Part shown: in pieces, positions 58,806-64,000 of the stretch
Layout of the letters: each line of letters begins with the position of its first letter
How positions within the stretch are numbered: the first letter of the stretch is position 1
Assembly: GCA_041640655.1 (NCBI GenBank)
Contig: JBEPZV010000001.1
Location: forward strand, 154,845 to 218,844
From: a bacterium
GTDB taxonomy: Bacteria > Acidobacteriota > Blastocatellia > HR10
Direction: 5' to 3'
DNA length: 64,000 bases
Notes under the pieces: generated by a model
Seen by the model: the letters and a program-made list of their open reading frames with translations, nothing else
Database searches by the model: none
What the model was told of the DNA's origin: nothing
Position numbers and translations under genes: made by a program

Positions 58806-60002
58806 ATGGCTTTTGAGGTGGACGATTATCTGGATCTGATTCGACTGCTGCAGGAGCATCCGGAGTGGCGGGCAGAGCTGCGCCGTCTGCTGCTGACGGA
58901 GGAGCTGCTGGCGCTACCGGAGCTGGTCCGTGATCTGGTCCACGCCCAGCGGCAGACGCAAGAACACCTGGCGGCGTTGGCCGAGGCGCAACGGCGGATC
59001 GAACAACAGGTGGAGGCGTTGACGCAACAGGTGCAGGCCTTGGCCGAGGCACAACGGCGGACGGAGGAGCGGGTCAGTCGGGTGGAGGAAGAGCTGGCCA
59101 AGCTGGCCGAAGCGCAACGGCGGACGGAGGAGCGGGTCAGTCGGGTGGAGGAAGAACTGGTCAAGCTGGCCGAGGCACAACGGCGGACGGAGGAGCGGGT
59201 CAGTCGGGTGGAGGAAGAACTGGTCAAGCTGGCCGAGGCACAACGGCGGACGGAGGAGCGGGTCAGTCGGGTGGAGGAAGAGCTGGCCAAGCTGGCCGAG
59301 GCACAACGGCGGACAGAAGAGCGGGTCAGTCGGGTGGAGGAAGAGCTGGCCAAGCTGGCCGAGGCACAACGGCGGACGGAGGAGCGGGTCAGTCGGGTGG
59401 AGGAAGAACTGGTCAAGCTGGCCGAGGCACAACGGCGGACGGAGGAAGAGGTGCGTGCTCTGGCCGAGGCCCAGCGCCGGACCGAGCAGCGTGTTGGCCA
59501 TCTGGAAGAAGCGCTGCAGGTCCTGATCGAGAGCCACAAACGCTTGACGGATGTGGTGGGCGATCTCAGGGGGCGCGTGTTGGAACAGACCTACCGCGAC
59601 CGGGCCGGCGCATACTTCGGTCCGTTGCTGCAGCGGCTCCGGGTCGTGGACCCGTATGCGCTGGAGGAGGTGTTGCGCGTCCATCTCACGGCGGACGAGT
59701 TTTACGATCTGCTGCGCGTAGACCTGCTCGTTTGTGGGCAGCCGCGGTTGCGGCCGGAGATGATGGAGGTCTGGCTGGTGGTGGAGATCTCGGCCGTCGT
59801 GGATCAGGGTGATGTCGAGCGCGCCCAACGGCGGGCCAAACACTTGCGCCGAGCCGGCTATCGGGCGATTCCGATGGTGGCTGGGGAGCGCGTGACGTCG
59901 GGCGCAGAGGACGAGGTCCGCCGGCACCGCGTGGCGGTCTTGCAGGATGGGAGCGTGTCCTTCTGGGAGGAAGCCCTGGAGGCGTGGGCGGGCAGCGCCT
60001 GA
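58806..60002 (+). CDS. coiled-coil repeat protein (paralog B) with C-terminal putative PD-(D/E)xK-like domain
   Basis: Same N-terminal block as paralog A ([22 protein letters not shown]); 21-aa repeats [18 protein letters not shown](A/V)KL; C-terminal VVEISAVVD block. Confidence 0.6.
   Translation: MAFEVDDYLDLIRLLQEHPEWRAELRRLLLTEELLALPELVRDLVHAQRQTQEHLAALAEAQRRIEQQVEALTQQVQALAEAQRRTEERVSRVEEELAKLAEAQRRTEERVSRVEEELVKLAEAQRRTEERVSRVEEELVKLAEAQRRTEERVSRVEEELAKLAEAQRRTEERVSRVEEELAKLAEAQRRTEERVSRVEEELVKLAEAQRRTEEEVRALAEAQRRTEQRVGHLEEALQVLIESHKRLTDVVGDLRGRVLEQTYRDRAGAYFGPLLQRLRVVDPYALEEVLRVHLTADEFYDLLRVDLLVCGQPRLRPEMMEVWLVVEISAVVDQGDVERAQRRAKHLRRAGYRAIPMVAGERVTSGAEDEVRRHRVAVLQDGSVSFWEEALEAWAGSA
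59040..59417 (+). repeat. intragenic tandem repeat, 63-nt unit x6
   Basis: Nearly identical 63-nt units (ctggccgaggcacaacggcggacggaggagcgggtcagtcgggtggaggaagaactggtcaag). Confidence 0.85.
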
Positions 60003-60154
60003 GGAGCCGATGGTGTGTCGTTGTCCCTTCCTTCTGTGCGAGGAGCCCGTCCCCGGTTCGTGGCAGCCCGCTGCCTGCCCACGAGTGAGGACCGCGCCGT
60101 CCGTGGGTCGGTGGGATTCACCGAGGCCGGAGTCAAGCGGTGCGCTGTGCTGCT

Positions 60155-60192
60155 GGGCACCCCGCGCAATCTCCCGATCACGTGGGAACCCC
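60155..60192 (+). repeat. 38-nt palindromic element copy e (intergenic, degenerate)
   Basis: GGGCACCCCGCGCAATCTCCCGATCACGTGGGAACCCC; about 6 substitutions relative to consensus. Confidence 0.65.
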
Positions 60193-60310
60193 GTAGGGTC
60201 GAGGATCGCCTGAATGCGCAGGCGGTGCGGCACGCCTTCAGGACGATCAACCGGGGGCTACTCGGCCGGCCCCGAGCCAACGCCTCACCTGTCCTGGAGA
60301 GAAGCACATC

Positions 60311-62557
60311 ATGAAACGCTCCTTCACTCGTGCCATCTTGGTGTTGGTGGTGATCCTGGTTTCCGTTCAGGAGGGAGTGGCCGGGCAAAGCCATCCGGCG
60401 GATTCCATGCCTTCCCCGGTGCGCATCGCCACCGCGCGGCGGCTCACGGCGGAGATCACGCTGGATGGCCGGCTCGATGAACCGATCTGGAACGAGATCG
60501 AGCCGATCACCGATTTCACCCAGACGGAACCCGACGAAGGCCAACCGGCAACCGAACGAACCGAAGTTCGGATCTTTTACGATCGCAAGAAGCTCTATTT
60601 CGGCTTTCGCTGCTTCGACTCGGAGCCGAGTCGAATCGTGGCTCGCCTCGATGCTCATGATGCCCGCACCTTCTCCGACAGTGTGGAGATTTTGCTCGAC
60701 ACGTTTCATGATCGTCGCACGGGCTATTTTTTCAGCGTCAATGCTCGCGGCGTTCAATTCGACGCCATTGTGTCGGAGACAACTGGAGGCGGCTCCGGCT
60801 TTGGCCTGTACGATGGGACGTGGGATGGACTGTGGGAGAGCGCGGCGACGATTGACGAATTCGGCTGGACGGCGGAAATCGCCATCCCGTTCAAGATCCT
60901 CCGATTTCCTCGCACATCGCCGCAGACCTGGGGGCTCAATCTCGGCCGGGTAATTGTGAGAAAGAACGAAACCGTGCGCTGGTATCCGGTGGCTCGGTTC
61001 GATGCGGTGATGAAGCCGTCGAAGTCCGGCGTCCTTCGAGGACTCGACGACATTGAGCCCGGACGCGATCTGGAGATCATTCCGTTCACCCTCCAGCCGG
61101 GGCGCTTTCGCACGACGGTTCCCACCCTTTCGGGCTATCATCCCACCGCCGGCGTGGACGTGCGCTATGGTCTGACGGCCAACCTGAAGGCGAACCTGAC
61201 CGTCAATCCCGATTTCGCCCAGACCGAAGCGGACGAGATCAATATCACGCTCTCCCGGTTCGAGCTGTTTTTTCCGGAAAAGCGCGCGTTTTTCGTCGAA
61301 GGGGCGAATTTTTTCCGCACGCCGCTTCGCCTCTTCTTCACCCGACGGGTGGGCCTGCGGGTGCCCGACGGATCGGAGCAGCGGATCGCCGCCGGAGCCA
61401 AGATCACCGGCAAGATCGGGCGATACAGTCTGGGTCTGCTGGAAGCCCGCACCCGCGATCAATTTTTCCTCGATCCCAAATCGGGACAACGGCGCGTGAG
61501 TCCGGGAGCCAATTTCTTCGTCCTGCGCCTGCAGCGCGACATCTTCGAGAAATCCGCGCTCGGATTCATCACGGTGAATCGGGATCAGCCGGGGAGCGAT
61601 TTTTCTCACTCGGTGCGCGCGCATGGGATTGATCTGTCGCTCGCCCGAGGACGACATGTCACCTTTTCCTCGCAGGTGGCCGTGAGTCAAAATCCCGGCG
61701 TGCGGGCGAGTCTGTGGCAGCAGGCCGGCGCCACGGCCGAGTTCCGCTATGATTCCGATCAATTCGAATACCAAGTTAAGGCGAAATATCTTGGCCGCGA
61801 CTTCGATGTCGGCGGCATCGGCTTTGAGCCCGAGACGGGGCGGGTGAGCGGGCAGATGAGTTTCACCTACAAGCCGTTTCTCAATCGCTTCGGCATCCGG
61901 CAGATTTTCCTGGAGCCCAACTACGATCACGTCGCTTTGGTGACGGGCGAGCTCGATGACTCGGGCGCCGATCTGCGCCTGCGCGTGCAATTGAAGAATT
62001 TCTGGTCGGTGCGGGCCGTCTATTCCTACGACCGGGTTCGATTCAACGAGTTCGTGAACCAAGCGGCGCTCGATCGGATGAGAGTCTACATCATGCCGCG
62101 CGTCATTCTGGGGGTGACGACCAATGAGAATCGGTCGGTTTCCCTGAGCCTTCAAGTCGTGCGGCGAAAGTTCGTGGACTTTCGTGACAACTACTACGGT
62201 CGTCTCTGGTTTTACGAAGTGGGGTTGAATGCCCGGCTGGCCGGCCGCACGAAGCTCGAACTGCGGGGCCTGCTCTTCCGCGAGTCTTTCATGAATGGGA
62301 AGCTGGAGGAGAATCGAAGTTTGATCCTCGCCCGCCTCGGCTATCAGTTCACGCCCAAGCTGCGCGCTCGATGGCTCGCCCAGTTCAACAACGACAATCG
62401 CCGCAATCAATTCAACCTCAACTTTCTGCTCTCTTACGATTTCACCGCCCGCAGCGCCCTGGCCATCGGCTACAACACGGAGACGATCTCGCCCGAGTCG
62501 CCTTTTCGCCTCGGACGGGAATTCTTCGTGAAATTCTCCTATGTGTTGGCCTTTTGA
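60311..62557 (+). CDS. DUF5916-like outer-membrane-associated protein with N-terminal CBM9-like domain
   Basis: Signal peptide; 748 aa; beta-rich; resembles DUF5916-family proteins of Acidobacteria/Bacteroidetes. Confidence 0.5.
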   Translation: MKRSFTRAILVLVVILVSVQEGVAGQSHPADSMPSPVRIATARRLTAEITLDGRLDEPIWNEIEPITDFTQTEPDEGQPATERTEVRIFYDRKKLYFGFRCFDSEPSRIVARLDAHDARTFSDSVEILLDTFHDRRTGYFFSVNARGVQFDAIVSETTGGGSGFGLYDGTWDGLWESAATIDEFGWTAEIAIPFKILRFPRTSPQTWGLNLGRVIVRKNETVRWYPVARFDAVMKPSKSGVLRGLDDIEPGRDLEIIPFTLQPGRFRTTVPTLSGYHPTAGVDVRYGLTANLKANLTVNPDFAQTEADEINITLSRFELFFPEKRAFFVEGANFFRTPLRLFFTRRVGLRVPDGSEQRIAAGAKITGKIGRYSLGLLEARTRDQFFLDPKSGQRRVSPGANFFVLRLQRDIFEKSALGFITVNRDQPGSDFSHSVRAHGIDLSLARGRHVTFSSQVAVSQNPGVRASLWQQAGATAEFRYDSDQFEYQVKAKYLGRDFDVGGIGFEPETGRVSGQMSFTYKPFLNRFGIRQIFLEPNYDHVALVTGELDDSGADLRLRVQLKNFWSVRAVYSYDRVRFNEFVNQAALDRMRVYIMPRVILGVTTNENRSVSLSLQVVRRKFVDFRDNYYGRLWFYEVGLNARLAGRTKLELRGLLFRESFMNGKLEENRSLILARLGYQFTPKLRARWLAQFNNDNRRNQFNLNFLLSYDFTARSALAIGYNTETISPESPFRLGREFFVKFSYVLAF

Positions 62558-62975
62558 GCGGGAGCCCGTCTCACGCAGCGGGCGCAACATGCTGTTGGTG
62601 GTGGGGCGGCAGGGTTCATCCGCGGGGAGGTGCTCGCGCGAGGTCCATCGAGTCCGATAAGTAATGTTACGCCTCAAATGATATCCCAAGCACCCATTCA
62701 CGCCGCGTTCGGTCTCTTCGCCCACGCCCCTCACGTCCTCATGCGGAGAACCCCTCCAAAGGTCACGCCCGCAGGCTCGCCGCTCGCATCAGGCTTGCCA
62801 CTCGCATGCGGCAATGGCCTCAAGGTCGGCCACCACATCCACAGCAGCCTACCGGAAAGCCCGCGCGCCGCGGCTTCCTCCGCGGATTACGACCCTATAA
62901 AACCGCAGGAATACAGAGTCCCGGCCCTTCCCGAATCCACGCGCACAACCCGGAACCCAGGTCATTGAGTGGCTC

Positions 62976-63557
62976 TCACTGCGCCGAGGACGACGACATT
63001 TCTCCAGGATCGGCTGTCACCATCTCCGGTTCGGGATCGACGCCGAGAGCATCTGCCACTCGGTTGATGTAGTTGAAATAGGCGATAACCTGAACCAAGT
63101 CGAGAATGTCTCGGTCGCTCAGGCCCACGCTCCGCAGCCGATCCAGATCGGAAGGCGTGACGTTCCAGGGCGTGCGCGTCACTTTCTCGGCAAATTCACA
63201 GAGCGCACGCTCGCGCTCGCTGAGCGGAGCCCGTCGGTAATCGTGCTTCACCTGGGCCACCAGATCGTTGTTGTTGGTTTCCTTACGGAGATCCTCCCCG
63301 TGCGCTTCGACTCAGTAGAAGCAGCGGTTGGCCCATGACGTGACGGTCGCCACCAGCTCCCGCTCGGCGCGCGAGAGCTTCGATTCCCCGTACATCACCG
63401 TAAGGTAGAGCTGAACGCCCGCCCGCAAGGCCGCCGGATTGAGGCTCTGTACCTTGACGATATTGAAGACCTTCCCGGCCCGTCGCCGCGCGGCTTCATA
63501 TTCTCGTGCCAGGAATCCGGTCGCTTCCTCTTCCCCGATGATCCGTATCCATGCCAT
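62976..63557 (-). CDS. AhpD/carboxymuconolactone-decarboxylase-family peroxidase-related protein; candidate selenoprotein (in-frame TGA at 63312..63314)
   Basis: ORFs 63312..63617 and 62976..63260 are in the same frame, separated only by TGA. The TGA falls at the second Cys of the family motif N-x-C-x-Y-C-x-x-x-H (here NRCFY-TGA-VEAH). GAGGAGG ribosome-binding site before the ATG at 63557. Confidence 0.5.
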
Positions 63558-63629
63558 AACTGCCTCCTCTGAGAAACACCCGCCCACCACACAAGACAAC
63601 GCCCAATGAGCGGCCATCCTCTCTGCGCC

Positions 63630-63821
63630 TCATCGGTCGCAACGCGAACCCGCCTCAAAGGACGCGAGGCCCACCACCGCGGGCTCACCCCAGTTCGACA
63701 CCATGTCGCCAGCCGCAGCGAAACGAGAGGACATACACGTCTCTGCGCCTCGCGCTCGCGCCACGGCCGGCGTGGCCGTCGCATCAATGCCGCCGCTCAG
63801 AAGAACCACGGCGTTCTTCAT
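63630..63821 (-). pseudogene. possible queC-like (PP-loop ATPase) N-terminal remnant
   Basis: MKNAVVLLSGGIDATATPAVARARGAE resembles the QueC N-terminus (MKKAVVLLSGGLDSTT...); similarity is lost after about 30 aa. Confidence 0.25.
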
Positions 63822-64000
63822 CAGAGCGACATTATACCAGGAGTCCGAAAGATGCAGATGGGCGGCCGCGTGTCACCACAGGCAGATCCGCTCTCCTTTC
63901 GCACACCGGCTCCTGCAGCTCCTGAGGACACGCCGCGCCAGTTGCCCCACCGACGGCGAGAAATTCCCCGACCGACCCGGCCCTCGACACATCCGGCCCG

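Noticed and set aside
58826-60233. Alternative-frame and antisense ORFs (58826..59539 and 58914..60233, both minus strand) through the second coiled-coil repeat gene
   Set aside because: Repeat-driven artefacts, as for the first paralog.
59858-62734. 958-aa minus-strand ORF antisense to the DUF5916-like gene
   Set aside because: Typical high-GC antisense open frame, Arg/Pro/Ala-rich and low-complexity. It overlaps a well-supported plus-strand gene.

Overview
High-GC (about 68%) bacterial chromosomal window, probably from an Acidobacteria-like organism (remnant TonB-dependent receptor with an NLFNHPNF-type C-terminus, DUF5916-like outer-membrane protein). Positions 1-26.5 kb form a single co-directional catabolic supercluster of about 24 genes: acyl-CoA dehydrogenases, FAD oxidoreductase, two CoA-transferase systems, 2,4-dienoyl-CoA reductase-like enzyme, TetR, SDR, VOC epimerase-like protein, PaaK-like CoA ligase, an HMG-CoA-synthase-like::DUF35 fusion plus SCP2-type thiolase, EtfBA, enoyl-CoA hydratase, three conserved unknowns, an acetone/acetophenone-carboxylase-like hydantoinase A/B pair, and a split PEP-utilizing enzyme without an ATP-grasp domain. 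A 38-nt near-perfect palindromic element occurs five times, three of them as in-frame insertions inside protein-coding genes (EtfB and two tandem paralogs), which resembles the Rickettsia palindromic-element phenomenon. Two paralogous coiled-coil proteins, 31 kb apart, carry intragenic tandem repeats of 63 and 126 nt. Positions 28.4-33.3 kb and 39.1-55.4 kb are lower-GC, horizontally acquired metal(loid)-resistance segments. They hold arsR-arsP-thioredoxin, a CzcCBA-type RND efflux system, two multicopper oxidases, a PII-like protein, DUF302, a P1B-type ATPase, a CadC/ArsR repressor, an MtrA-like corrinoid protein plus SAM methyltransferase, a Met-rich LTXXQ protein, and a thioredoxin/CcdA pair. 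These segments are bordered by gene remnants (truncated P-type ATPase, thiolase, TonB-dependent receptor and LamG fragments). A TAT-exported molybdopterin oxidoreductase (FeS beta plus catalytic alpha, minus strand) sits between the two segments. Near the 3' end is a candidate AhpD/CMD-family selenoprotein with an in-frame TGA exactly at the second Cys of the CxYC redox motif. No rRNA, tRNA or CRISPR array was recognised.
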